Under the pieces are notes generated by a model. That model was not told where the DNA came from and did no database searches. It saw only the letters and a list, made by a program, of their open reading frames with translations. A program made the translations under genes and the position numbers. Positions 12,361 to 26,352 of a DNA stretch of 64,000 nucleotides are shown in pieces; position 1 is the stretch's first letter, and each line of letters starts with the position of its first letter. The stretch is from Trichoplax adhaerens (Eukaryota; Animalia; Placozoa): positions 1,981,836-2,045,835 of the forward strand of contig NW_002060949.1 in assembly GCF_000150275.1 (NCBI RefSeq), written 5' to 3'.

Positions 12361-15300
12361 TTACCCTTGGTCTTGGTAATTACTAGTATCAGTTTGAAAG
12401 AAATCTTCTAGTTGCCAATGCAAGGTTTCAAAAGTTGGCCTGTCTTCTGGTTCAACCTTCCAGCATGAGGCCATAATTTCGTAAAGAGCATCGGGAGCAT
12501 TACTCATCTTAGGCATTCGATATCCGTTGTCTACTTGCTGTAACACCTCTGCGTTAGTCATACCCGGATACGGATGCCTACCATGTGTTATTAGTTCCGT
12601 TAGAAAGATACCAAACGACCAGACATCAGATTTACTACTAAATTTGCCGTCTAAAGCTGCTTCTGGTGCTGTCCATTTGATTGGAAATTTAACATTTTCT
12701 TCAGAATTGGCATTATAGAGATCTTCGCGAGCAAGACCAAAATCTGCTATCTTACAATTTAATTCTTTACCGACTAAAACATTTTGAGCTCTCAAATCTC
12801 GATGAATATAATTTTGAGATTCAAGGTATACCATTCCTGATGACACTTGAGTAGCAATATCAACTAGCTGGGGTAATTTTAAATCAACTTTATCCCTGCG
12901 CAGGTATTCCAATAGATTTCCTTCCGGCATTAATTCGGCGATTATATAAATAGGTTCTTCTCGTGTACAAACGGCGTACAGTTGAACTAATTTTGGATGA
13001 CGTAACCTTTTCATAATAGCTGCTTCTTTCAAGAATGATTTTGTCGACATACTACCCGCTTTCATTTGTTTAACCGCTACTGGTGTAGTTTCATTCCATA
13101 GTCCCTCCCATACTTCACCGAATGCTCCATGCCCTAATTTCTTTTTCAGTTTTAAAGAGCTTCTATCAATCTCCCATTTATCCCAATGATCATGCGACAA
13201 TCCGTAAGGTGTAGGTTTTTGTTGCTAAAAATCAAATTTGAAGACTTGATCACTACGTCATAAGTTAAACTAATCAATTTGTTTCTTTTAACATTATCTC
13301 AAGTGTAAAATTGAAGATTAAGCGATTAAATAACTTTCTAAATAAATAAATAAGATTAGGAAAATCGCAATGCTTCGTAAAACCGCAATACTGTATATGT
13401 GTCAACAAAAATTTCACTCAAAGAATAAGAGAAGCATAATTTATGAAAGTTTAACCGCAGCGTAGAAAAATTACATTTTAGAATTAAAAACAATCTTCAA
13501 TCCATCGTTATCTGTTATTAATACTGACCGTCAGGCATGGATTCTTCAAAGTAGTGCACAGTCCATCTGCACTTTTGTTGTGATGTTTAACCAAATCTGG
13601 CAATGTCAGAAAGGAAATATTTGGAGCAACAAAATATTCTCCTTTATCTTTACGCCGTATCCGATAGTGCTTTATGTTATTCTGATCACGTACAGACAAC
13701 GAATATTCTCCACGACGACTTTCACTTTTTCGAATTAAGAATGATCCAACGCCATTTCCTTCTAGTAATAACGATTTTTCTGCCTCTTGTACGTTTAATA
13801 TCGCCAAAGTACCATCTATCACGTAATATAAGCGATAACGATAGCTTAATAACATAACTGAATTTGGGCTAATAATATTGACAATAAAACGAGAGCAAAT
13901 GGCAGTAATCTTAAAACTACTAGCTGATGTCAAAGTAATCAAACCTAATAATTTATAGTATATAATAAAATAATTTATTTACTGGATAGTAGCACGCACT
14001 GTTATCGTTTAATAGAGCATAATCAGTAAATTGTGCTGCATCTGTACGATATCTCAATGGCTAATATTACTGGCAATAGCTATCAATGTCGATTCTAATG
14101 TTCACTACTGCAATACAATCCCGCAGTTCATTCCTATAAATATTACAATAAATATCTTTCTTCATTGAATTGTAACTTCAACTTTGGTAGAATTTATTAA
14201 TTAATATATTTCATTAATATAAGATTATTAATTATTCAGTACTTTGTTCTTCCCATCAGTTAGTTTTCTATCTCAATTAAAATCTCACAAAAGTTCTAGG
14301 ATCACCTTTACGCCCTCAATCTATATTTATTCTAGCGGAATGTTATTAAGTTTACACGTTGAAGAAGTAGTATAATTTTATTACTGATCAACGCGATTAT
14401 AGAAGCAGAGATACGGCTATGCATATCGGAGATTTTATCTATCACAGTTTAGGTGTAGTTACAGTTTTACCACTAAATCAGCTAACGATATTATTGTTAC
14501 GTTCAGTTTGTGAACAATATTAAAATCACTGAAGCAATCAGCAAACATGATAGGTGTGTACTGTTAATTTTCACTTCATGAATGTCATTAAAATCACTGA
14601 AGGAATTAGCGATAACAGGACAAGTTCATAGTTATGTAAAGAATCAGCCCGAATAACTTATCAATTGCCACACCTTCATGTAAGCACCATACAGTCATAA
14701 GGATACTCGTAGAGTTAATAGTAAAATTTAATTTATCGTCAGTATGCAATTCTATATCCTACTAACATGAAATTGAAATTTGTCGTAAGATCGGGTCCCA
14801 ATCCATTAATTACAATTCAACGGTTAGATGCACAGAAAAAACTTGCTTTATCTACAGATGTGTTGAAGTTTTTTATTCCCGATCGCGTTTTTCTCGTACT
14901 CCATAGTTTTTAATACAGGCAGTCAAGTGAATGTCTCCGTTACTACCGCAGCATATTAAAATTAAAACTATATCTCGCCCGTGACATTTTGCGTGAATGA
15001 TCGCTTATTATACTAAATATTTTTTTTTTATACTGAGTCTATGTAATATTAGACATTGTACATGTACTTATTTACGGTAATGCTTTTGATAGACTAATTT
15101 TCTATGATTTTCTAACTGGTACTTATCCTTCATGGCAACAATAGTAAATTAACTTCTTTTCTAGAGTCTTCATCATTATCCGTTAAGGTCGTCACGCAAC
15201 AGTAATACTGTCCATTATTACAATGTAGCATAATTTACAATTCCGTAACATTAAATCTTTTCATATAATGGTAAGAGTTAATTAATAATGAGGAAAATTA

Positions 15301-17108
15301 AATGACTATATCGTAAATAAGATAATAGCAAGTATCAAGTAACTTTGTTTCAAGAATTAAAGACTGGCTTAGAGCGTCATCTTAATAATCAACTATAATT
15401 ATAATATAATGCAAGGCATGAAGTATTGTAGTCTACTGATCCGTGAATGTTTCAAATGTAAAAAATAAATTTGTCTCGTGAACATCAGTTACAACCAAAG
15501 GTCAATAAGGAATATAGCTAGCAAAGCCCATTGACAAATTTTTAAACGTATAATATGTTAGTTACAGTTGACTACAGTTTCTAGAATACCGAAAGTAGTC
15601 CCATGTGGTGCCATATCCTATGCACTGCTTTGTGTATTGGCAACTTTCCTTTCAACTGTAGTGCGATTTTAGGCTATCAGGATTATATTTTACGCACTGC
15701 TAGCAATTTTATCTCATGCATTTCAGATTATTGCCGATTTTACGCTTAAAAACAGACATTATGTTTGAACTTCATATTTTAGTAACATAAATGGAAGGCG
15801 CAATATGCGTGCCGTAAAACACAAAGACGACAAAAAGAAAATAAATAGCAATGCAGTATATGCGTACGTGTATCGTATTCATTAAGTCAACCTGCAACCC
15901 TTCGTAGTAGCGTTGCTACCATTGAAAGTTATTAATCTGAGCAATTTAGTAACAAGATAAAATTTTAGACTACATACATGACATAAAATTAATAAAGTTT
16001 TTTAAAGATTTCGATTTCAGAAAGTATACAATATAATAATCAGTAAAAACAAGAATGGAGTACCATACATAAGGTAGCAATGACATGAAGTACAGACTCG
16101 TGTGTAGTTTCACTAGAAAGTGTACGAATAAAGTACGTATAGTATTGCAGCACCGTGTGTATTGCGAATCTAGCGCGTCCTATTTTATATCATATCAAAT
16201 GTTGAGTAAGGCACAGCACATAAAATCAAGGGTAATCATGATCCTCACAATTTTCCTATGCTTTACAAATGTCATGTCAAGCTATAAAATATAATCTAGA
16301 AGACCATAAACTTCGTTATCTATTCAAGGATACTATTACGCTATTATTTTCGTTTACTGTACTCTAAAAATGCTAAAGTTGAAATTTATACTGCAAGCGT
16401 AGTGTTTCTCTTACAACTGATTCTTCCAGTAATCATGATAAAGTAGGATTCCTTGAAAACATGTATGAGCCAATATGTGAAATAATACGCTACAAAAAGG
16501 ACCATCGTAAATGCACTGACTGAAGTACAGCACATCGTATGCACAACACTATCTTACGCTATTGTGTCCACTGAACTTCCGTTTACTTACTTAATATTTT
16601 ATCGTTGATGTCTAGATACTATTTACCATTGCCATAATCATATTTTACTATATTTTCAGAATTCTGCCAGCTTAATGCTCGCAGTAAATTAATAACTGAA
16701 GAATTATTGTAAATGCCTATTAACTTACGGTTTTGCTTCCAAGGAAGTAATCTCGGCAACGAAATTACGTGGAATAAAGCCAATATTTTTCGTCCGGATA
16801 GAACGAGCAGACCACCAATCTTGATTAGATTGCGCAGTTTTAGTAGCAACCTCCATTTGATCACCAGCTTTAAATGATAAATCGTCTTTCGTACGGGCCT
16901 CATAATCGTAAAGAGCAATCACAATTGTTTTGGGTTCTTCTGGTTTGAGCTTTTCCTGCTTAGTTTTAACTTCACCAGGAACACCGGTGAGTGGCGGCGG
17001 CGGCGTCACATCAGTTAATGCTTGAGAATTTCTCCCATTTGCATTTTGTTGTTTTATACCTTTGTTATCCTCAGGAGAAGGATTATTACGACCCAGGCAA
17101 TTGCCCAT
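12361..17108 (-). CDS. Src-family (FRK/Src42A-like) tyrosine kinase, copy B; exons 17108-16729, 13815-13529, 13224-12361; apparent +1 frameshift in the SH2 exon
   Basis: Starts MGNCLG (Gly2, Cys4). SH3 (ALYDY...DWW...GFIPRNFV), SH2 (WYFG / GSFLIR), kinase ([26 protein letters not shown], tail SNYQDQG). Intron positions and phases match copy A and both kinase exons are 864 nt. The SH2 exon is 287 nt versus 286 nt in copy A. Confidence 0.88.
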
Positions 17109-18824
17109 AATAATTAATTACTGAAAATATACTTTTAATTCAAGAAGTACTCCTAATATGTGGAAAAGTTACTGCTTCAATGTATGAAATATCACCGTTG
17201 CACGACTTGACAGTAATGAACTGTACGAGTGATCAACTAGAATTTCCGGCGACATACAATCTTACATTTAAAGTATGATAACGTGTGGGTTGTCTCAGCC
17301 TTAAAATCTAATTTGTATTCTTAACAAACTTTCAATTTCTTTGTGTTATACCAGTTATTCACACACAGCCATAGCGAAATCTCATTGAGTTTCTTCAGTT
17401 AGTAATCTGAAATGGAGTTCCAAGTTCACCGTTAATTCACTTCTTACAAGAATCTTTTCGATATTTATTCGCATTGACTGTATTCGTGCAGCTTTGGTCC
17501 TACGATACAGTACTTTTATAACTGTTTACAGTGTATTGTATGCATTGTGATAGAATTATTTATGCAGTATATAGTACTAATTTGCTAAGGTCCGTTACAG
17601 TATTATTTATATATTAGCAGTGCCGCGTTTTGGATATAGCAATTATCGTACGGTAAAACCTGATACATACAATATACCAAATGTACATCCCAGTTCTTCT
17701 ACATGTCCGATGTAAAATATATTAGGATTAAGCAGTATAGTAGTAACACAATGTACAAGGCTATACACTGTATACAGCTATGCAGGATTATTCTGCAGAA
17801 TAGTTATAGTATTCTAAATTGATTATAGGGAAAATTTTACACGATTTACGCAATTTAGAAACAGCATACTGTATATCCATAGCACTACCATGGCACTACT
17901 GTACAATAGTATACCGTTTATGCGTATATCAATATACAGTACTTTACGGGTAATGAGGTATGATGCATATGTTATCTTACTATTTTTTTAGGCGTTTACC
18001 GAATTACTGAACAAGAATTGAGGGCGTGCCATGGAGAGACTCACCTTGCTGTCTTCTATTATAGACTACTAAATATATATCTGGCAGTCCATAATTCTAT
18101 GCATACAAATGAAAATGAATCTACTGTAATTTTATCGTTCCACTAGTGCTATTACCGTATACTATTCAAATTGAAGTTTAACAATTATTGTATCTTCAAC
18201 GATTAGTCCAAGGTTGATGAATACATTGCTGTTGTTCGATGAGATTATTATTCTACGAATAGGTCATGTGCGAGGTCTTATAGTAGATCCAAGATTACGT
18301 AAGGTGTCATTTAACGGAAGTGCAGGACTTACATCTACGAAACAATGAGACCTAAGTGAGTCTATGAGCATGGGTACGACTGGTCTTATTACAGCCGTTT
18401 ATGATACAATTTTTAGTCAGATTTCTCGATCGATAAATGATATACATCATACAGTATTCATTCCCTGTATATACGACTTTAGCTATCCTCTTTATATAAA
18501 AAAAAGAGAACGTTATTAAATATAATTATAGTATACGCTACTACAGTATTCGTATACTGTTCGTATTTTACCCGTACAATAAATAAAATAGAAGGGAGAT
18601 CGCCAGCAAAGTGAGGGGGGCGGGAATATTTGCCTGTGTGAATAAATTCACTTCCGTTTACCATTTTTCGCTAGTGTACTATGATTATAACATTAATGGA
18701 AATGTGTGATTATCTTATTTCTTTTATTATCGGACAAGTAGAATTCTACGCAATATGATGATTGGTAAATTCTAGACTTGAACTATACAGCATTTACAGA
18801 AGAAGTTCTTAAAAGTACTACACT

Positions 18825-19322
18825 GAGTTACAGTGTACTGTACAGCATATACTGTGCTGTATATAGTGTACACTGTATAGTTTGATAGAGATTTTGGGTA
18901 ATGAAAGAAAAAAAGGGTTCTACTGTAGTAGGATAGAGTACTGTACTGCAAACTCGTAAGTCGCCGTAATGTTATGTCTAGCTGACAAGGATTATGTGGA
19001 CAGGCTGAGGATGAAGGAAGGAGTTTTATTGACAGTTAATTTGCTGATGGTTACTCTAGCAGTCAGCAGCACAGAAAAGAAAGTAATACTGTACAGTACT
19101 GTATACTGTACTGTACAGTACAGTACAGTACATGTGCATTAGATTAGTTGTCTCTGATTGGCTATCATACTGTTCTGGTACTGTACAGTACTGTACAGTA
19201 CATTGTGTACAGTACTATACTGTATATATACAGTACATACTACTGTGCTATACTGTACTGTACTGTACTGTACTGTACAGTATAACATAACATAAATAAG
19301 ACGTAGTTACAGTACGGTACTG
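18825..19322. repeat. TACAG/CTGTA low-complexity array in the divergent intergenic region between kinase B and the C8orf74-like gene
   Basis: Runs such as actgtacagtactgtatactgtactgtacagtacagtacagtac (about 19088-19131) and (tactg)n (19251-19277). Confidence 0.8.
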
Positions 19323-19479
19323 AAGTTGCTGAAAAGAGAACGGCTCACAGTATGATACCAGTTGCAAACATGCTAGCAGGAGTAACCGCGTACAGTTTGT
19401 TGGTAATCAATCAACACCATGGTAACTCACTTAATGTGTGAGGCAAGTTGTGCCAGCAATTTATAGTCTTCTACCAGCT

Positions 19480-20565
19480 ATGGATGCTTCGAAAAAAATT
19501 CATGTTATTAACAACCAGCAACTAAAACAACTAGCTGATTTACCTAAGCATGAAAGCAGATTAGCACTTGCCAAAGCGCTACATATGAAAGAATTCGACG
19601 AAGAAGACGATCTCAGAAGCTCTATTATTGCCGACTTTCACTATAATAACATGATCTACGCGGTCGATAAAGGCCTTCCATGGTCAATAGTCAATGTATT
19701 TGTCATGCTAGCGAAAGATATCCTAGAGCAATCTGCCGGTAAGACTTTTAAAAACAGAATAGCTTTTTGAACTATCATTACTTTCCTAGGCAAAAGTGTA
19801 ATCCTTACAGTTTTAAATTAGATGAACATACTATTTACTTGAAAGCGGTATACGTGTATATTATACACTACTGTCAATTCTGATTCTGACATCTTGTCAT
19901 GCATGCATCACAACTTGAGATGATATTTTTAGTGTCCAAGCTGTGTTATTCAGAGTATTATGAATATATTTATTGCAGGGAAAACGTTACCACAAAGTCT
20001 AACAATTTTTAAACGAAAACTTTCCGAAATCGCAAATTGTTCTAATAAATTGAATATACAGCATTTAATTGATCACATGCTCCAAACGTACTATCAACAT
20101 TATCAATTATACCAGTATGTTACTTCGGAAAATCAGAAAGAAGAAAGAACTAAGCTTAAACTAGATATTGAACCCGTACTATCCAATCCTGTGGCTTTCA
20201 GTTCTGGTATCCCATTAGAGAAATGGGAATATAACCGAGATATATCCGCAATTGAAAAAGCTGAACGTGAAAGAAGAGACAAAAGAACGGTCAAACGTAT
20301 TGTTGCTGAGAAGCAAACCACTAAAGATGTTAATCGGCCGTTTGAAAAGTATGAAAGTAATGATGAATGCTTAACGGAAGAAAACATTGCTGACTTAATT
20401 GCAGAAGCGGCCTCCGCTTATGTTACAGCATTCAAAGATAGATTGATAGAAAATATTGAAGAATCACGGGAAAATCTAGAATATAGATTATCCAAAGCTG
20501 CCCGCGGTCCTCCACCAAAATCAGCAAAAATTTCCAATGGAAGAGTTAGATCATCACGTAGATGA
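19480..20565 (+). CDS. C8orf74: C8orf74-like protein (flagellar C1a-32/CLAMP-type domain); exons 19480-19738 and 19979-20565
   Basis: ATG at 19480 and a phase-1 intron G|GTAAGA...TTGCAG|GG. Motifs DLRSSIIADFHYNNMIYAVDKGLPW and LIDHMLQTYYQHYQLYQYV resemble the conserved C8orf74 core as recalled. The C-terminus is charged and helical. Confidence 0.75.
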
Positions 20566-21247
20566 TTGGCGTATAAAATTCTAACCTTTATAATGCATTA
20601 TTATATTTCAAATTAATTGAGCAATCTGCTAAGTTAGAAACAGAACATGCTATCATATTCTTGTATCGCTTTTATCAAAATCGACACTGCTTAAAAATTG
20701 GCACTTTGTAATACCTCATGAAATTAATAGCCACAATGATACTGTGTATAGATGATCATCATTTTAACTTGTTTATCCTATGCTGATTATCTACTAGTCT
20801 ACTTTTATGTGAGGAGATGAATCATTTTTAACTCCCAACGAATCTTGTATCTTACTAATATGAGCCTAATTATGGAACTTATGATATATGTATGATAAAT
20901 AGTTCATGTTTTCCTTAGTTAAATATATTTAATTGATTGTTTTAAAAGCAAAAATAGACGCCTAAATGTTCATTGTACTATATATATATATATATTTATA
21001 TAGGTGATTAAATTAGATGCCCATACCAAACAATCTCTCCGTGTCAAAATGTCAGTTATTTATTAAAAAAATTTTCAATGAGTGAAAATCGGTTAAATAT
21101 TTACAAAATCATATAATGATAACAGTTTAATTCAAGTTTTTGAACTTTTATAAGCGTATTATATCCTTTGAATAAAAGAGTTATATTTACATTCACAGCA
21201 TTTATTAATCAGCCTGAACTTGTCGACAGATTAATCGAAGTCGAAAA

Positions 21248-24200
21248 TTATGTTGCTATATCAAAGCGTTGATCAGCTGGTATTTCATCAATACTGTTAA
21301 ATCCCGCTGCAGTCAAGAAAGCCTGACGGATAATTCGCTGAGTTTCTACTTCATTATCTTTCAAATATGAATTTATCCCAGTGATAAAATATTGCATTTC
21401 CTTTCGTAAATTGGCTAAACGATCAGAATTGATTAAACTAAGATGATTCATTGACACTAGATTTCCCTTGCTGCTTATTCCTCGGATATGATAATATTGC
21501 TGCAGTGATGCTGTTAGCATAGATTGTAGTTCTTTTATCTAAAATTATTATTTTTAGAAATCAATGAGTTAATAACGAATACATAATGAAAGCAAGTACT
21601 TAAAATGTATCGCATATATCAATTCTAAAGGGCGCTAGACTAACCTGTTCATGGTCACCAAGACTCTTCTCTAACGCCACAGTAGAATCTAATATCTCAA
21701 TCATATTAGATTTACTTTCCATCCATTCCTTTTGTAACAATCGGTATTGGTGTGATAATGTTTTATTGCCTTCTAGTTTGCTACTTAATTCAGACTAAAG
21801 AAGAAATATATAGCATAAAAGTTATATTCACCATACTAAATTAGAATGTTGAAAAAATTTAAATCAAATAGGACATTAATTACATTTTTATTATCCAAAA
21901 CGTTTGTACGTTCTTTCATTATAGCTTCGTGCCTATCGGTTAAGGTTTGTAGGCGATCTGTAATGCAATAAAGAAATAAAAATAACGATTGAATTAAGAA
22001 TTATTATTGGAGTATGCTTGTCGTATCATAAATTTATAAGTTATCATCTTTTCATCGAAAAGCCAAAACATCTATTCTTGCGTACAATAATTAAAGAAAT
22101 CATTATGTACACTGCACAGCTCGAGTTAAACAGACATCTGTTATTTACCATTTATATTGTCAATCTCTTGATTTAAAGAATCTCTTATTAATCCTTCTGT
22201 ATTTAATGTTCGATTTAAATCTTCTAGCTGAGCTCTATATGAAATGATTACAGGATTGTTATAATGTTAGAAATTTCGCGAGTGAAGTAATCCTTTTACA
22301 CTAGGAATGTTAACATCGTTATTTAACTGAAAATTATTGCACTCTTTGCTTTTGTATGAAGCTAGCATAATTTATAGCTATTTGGTTATTTGCATGCTTT
22401 CTCCTGACGAAAGTACTTACTTTAGCTCAGCATTTTTAGGTAACGATTTAATAATCGTTTTTTCAATCATATGACTGGATGATTCTACATCCTAAGTGAC
22501 ACATTTAAAAGATATATCAACGTCTAAGAAATTAACGATATATCATAATTAATGAGATCGAATTCACAACAAAGAAACCATATTTTACCTCCAGTCTCTG
22601 ATTGATAACATCTAGCGACCACTTCAATCTATCTAATTTTTTCTGTTGATTAAATACATCCGCCTAAAGATTCAGATAATTGTCCATAATCAGGAAAGAT
22701 AGTCGAATATGTGATATTATTTTCTAGATACATATGATGGCAAACGCAGTAATTACTCTAAAAATGATAACTATTTTTAATCATGTAACCTTCAATTGGA
22801 CTTCCACTGGCTCTAGTTCATCTAACTTATTTTGATAAGCTATTTCTTCTGCATTTAATTTTTGAAGAACTTCTGCTAACTTCCTTTCTACTTCATTAAG
22901 AATAGCTTTCCTTTTAGATAGCATATCATCGGATTTTCCCACCTGAGTATTAGCACGAAGTGAAGATGCATTTACTTTTTTATTCTTATATCTTATATTT
23001 TGAACAAAACACAGAACTATCATCGCCTTATTGTAATATCTTATCTTATTTCTATTTTTCGTTACTAACCTGATCACCAATAACTATTAAAGCGTCATCA
23101 AGACCTTTAGCTTTTCTAGTTGCCCTTTCTTCGCGCCTTTTGTAATCTGTCTCACTCTTAGCAAGTTCAGCTGTATCTGCAGTTATGCGAGCCTGTAATT
23201 ACATATCAATAATAAAACTTTTAACTTATTATTTGAAACTTATAGATCGATAAATTACAATTGGCACCAAATAGTTAATATTCTACTAAATCTTCTTATT
23301 TATCTAATTTACTTGTAAAAGCGTTTTGGCTCTAGTTTCATCTTGCAATTGTTTTCGTAGAGTTTCTGCCGTATTCTTTAGTGAATCTTCCGCAGATGCT
23401 ACACGATCTTCCTCGCGTTGCAATCGGCCAATTTTATCATCATTATCCAATTGAAGAATGCGTACTTCACTCATACAAAACTAAACCGTGATATCACAAT
23501 TGAGTATTGCTTAAACCGAAGTAAATATACTTATAAACATATCTGTGTTACGCGAATAGATATAAAAGTTTACGGTATAAATTATTTTAATAACAAGTCT
23601 CCTGATTCGAACTTACATTAATTTGCTGATCTACTTTGACTAAATCCGATTTATATCGTTCAATATCTTTTCGACAACGATCAGTTTCTTTCGATAATTT
23701 ATGAATTTGCTTTTTTAAAGATTCTATCTCAGACATCAATTGTAATTTTTTCTTTTTAGTTGTTTCTGTTGTTTTAATAATTTTCCTATTTTGATATTCT
23801 GCTCTAGCAACTTCTGTTTCGCCATCCATGCGACCTTTCTCATATAAGTTCTGCAAATCTTTAACTTCATTTTCTAAACTAGATCGCTCTTTACTGCAAT
23901 CCACGAGTTGATCATTAATCACATCAATCTATTTGTAATCGATTAGATGTATTGTCTGGATTATTATACTGACCAGATAGCTTCCTTTTAATGTTAAATC
24001 AAGAAAGGAATTGGGTATCAAGGAAGTCACGATAATCAAACATACCTTGACATTTTGCTTTTGTTCCGTATTAATTAATCTTTCCAGTTTGAGCTCTGTG
24101 AAAGAAAATTGCATTAGTTGTACAATCTTGTCATTTTGTATTTTATAAAGGAGCTCATTTCTATACTGCTATACACAGTTTTATTAACTTGCGATAATTT

Positions 24201-26145
24201 TGTCATAACTGAAAGATTCTTACATACCTAATTCGGTAAATTCATGTTTATTTTCCTCCACTTTTTTTCTCATGCTATCAATTACTTGAGTATTCTTTAA
24301 CTGCTGCTTTATGCATTTATCATAATTTTTCTCAACTTTTCGTAATTCTTCTTCTATTTTATTTTTTTCTGCTTTAATCGTTTCACGCTCTTTATCAACG
24401 CGGGTTTGCGCCTAGGATAGTTTTAAATTAACGGAAATAAAATGCTTATTATCATTGAACTCTATAGCCGAACCAAAGATATATTAATCTAGTAAGGTAT
24501 GATACTTTTTAGAATAAATATAATGAGCTTGAAAAGCTACATATCGAAATTTTTACTAACTTCGTTCCTACGAGCTCGTGCATCTTCTAGTTTAACTAGT
24601 ACTTTATTTAATTCTTCAGAAGCAATTTCTTGTTCTGCTCTGATATTGATAATTGCTAATTTCTCCAATTGAAGCTTTTGTTCTACAAGTGGACTAAATA
24701 AAGGCTGGGTATTTAGTATTTGGGTTAAATGTCCTGAGTTAATAATTTCATGTCATAATTTACAGAATTACGTAAATAAAATTCGTTACAGCTACTAAAA
24801 CTTACTAGCTTTCTTTACAAAAAGATAATTCATCTTTCATTCTACTGTTCATATCTTCCGCTTTCAATACACGATCTTTTAATCTCTCTAATTTCCTCTC
24901 TTGATACGAATTATGCCATCGCAGTTCCATAATATCAAGTGCACAAGTTTCATGTTCTAAACAAAGACGAAAAATCTTTAATATTTATTTATTTGTATTT
25001 AGCTTGTTAACTACGGCAAATTAGAATAACAGATATAAGAATCAAACTAGGGAACTAGTTTACCTTTTTGTACTGCTTTGGGTAATTCGGTAAGTCTTTT
25101 TTTGGTTAATTTTTCAATTTCATTATTTAAAGATTTAACAGTTTTTATTTGTTGGTTTAAAGCCTTTCGATTACGATTTCGATCAGCCTCTAATCGACCA
25201 AGTAGTGTTAATACTTCATCGATTATTTCTTCCAAGGAAAACTTCTCCTTAGCATCGCCACTCCTTTCGCAATATTTTCCCGGCATGCTTGCCCCTATGC
25301 CCACAATTTCCAGTGCAGCTCTACCGCCCTGATGCTGATCGTGAGGTTTCAGTGAACTAATAATCGAGCTAGATGAGTCCATACCACTTTCAGTAGCTGT
25401 AGTGCGTGAAGTTGCAGCGGAAGAGAAACGAATCTGCCTGCTACTTCTATCATCAGTGTGACTTGATAGATTAGATATACTACGCTCAGACGCATCATTT
25501 TCATTTGCATTGCTTTCAAGATCATTTGTCTGACTAACAGTATTTGTATCTGTAATCGCGTGATCATCATCGGGTTTAGCCTCTATCAACTTGGATTCTA
25601 ACTGTTGTAGATGCTCTATCACTTTGCGAATACATGGTGATTTCGATTTGCTTAATTCGCAACTTCTTCTTCGATGTTCTTTATTATAGAATTTATTAGC
25701 CCAATCTTCTGGTAATGGTCCAATTTGATCTAATTATTCAGTGCAGAAAGGATATAGGAATGTTAAATAATATAATTAGAAAAGAAGATTGGAGTTACCT
25801 TATCAAGTATCATTTTACTTATTTTAATAGCATGTAAAATATCATATAAGCATCGAAGCTTGCGTATCACTGTTAGCCGGCAGGACAGATATGTTGAATA
25901 TCAGTAATCTACTTTACGGTACCTTCTGTTTCATCTATCTCTTCATCATCAACACGACCCAGTGTTATTTTACTAGAACGCTCATTCGTTGCTCCGGACT
26001 GAATGCCAGACTGCCTGCTGTAAATGAATAATCTTGGTGATCCTCGATACCAGTCGTTAGCTTCAGGTTTAGGGGTATCACCAATTGCTCCTACTTGAAA
26101 ATAACCTGTCCTATCATCTGAAAATTCGGTTGCTAACATCGCCAT
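21248..26145 (-). CDS. CCDC178: CCDC178-like long coiled-coil protein, multi-exon
   Basis: First exons 26145-25923, 25729-25064 and one starting at 24956 join in phase. They give RRRSCELSKSKSPCIRKVIEHL and EVLTLLGRLEADR...RLTELPKAVQKEHETCALDIMELRWH, matching the recalled CCDC178 N-terminal signature. More than 10 heptad-rich exons follow, and the last exon ends FDIAT* at 21248. Confidence 0.78.
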
Positions 26146-26352
26146 GCCTATATTAAATTAAATTATTGTAGTTGTTTCATCAACTGTAAAATCGTTTGAA
26201 ACTTCTCATCCCCTTTAAGATTATTTAGTTCAAACTAATGCTGTCATCTTAGTCGATATAGCATTAAATAATTGCTGTTTGTACGTAATATTCTACTGTA
26301 GAATATAATACGACGTTGAAAGAGTATAGTAGTTGGATTGTGTAGTAAACAA

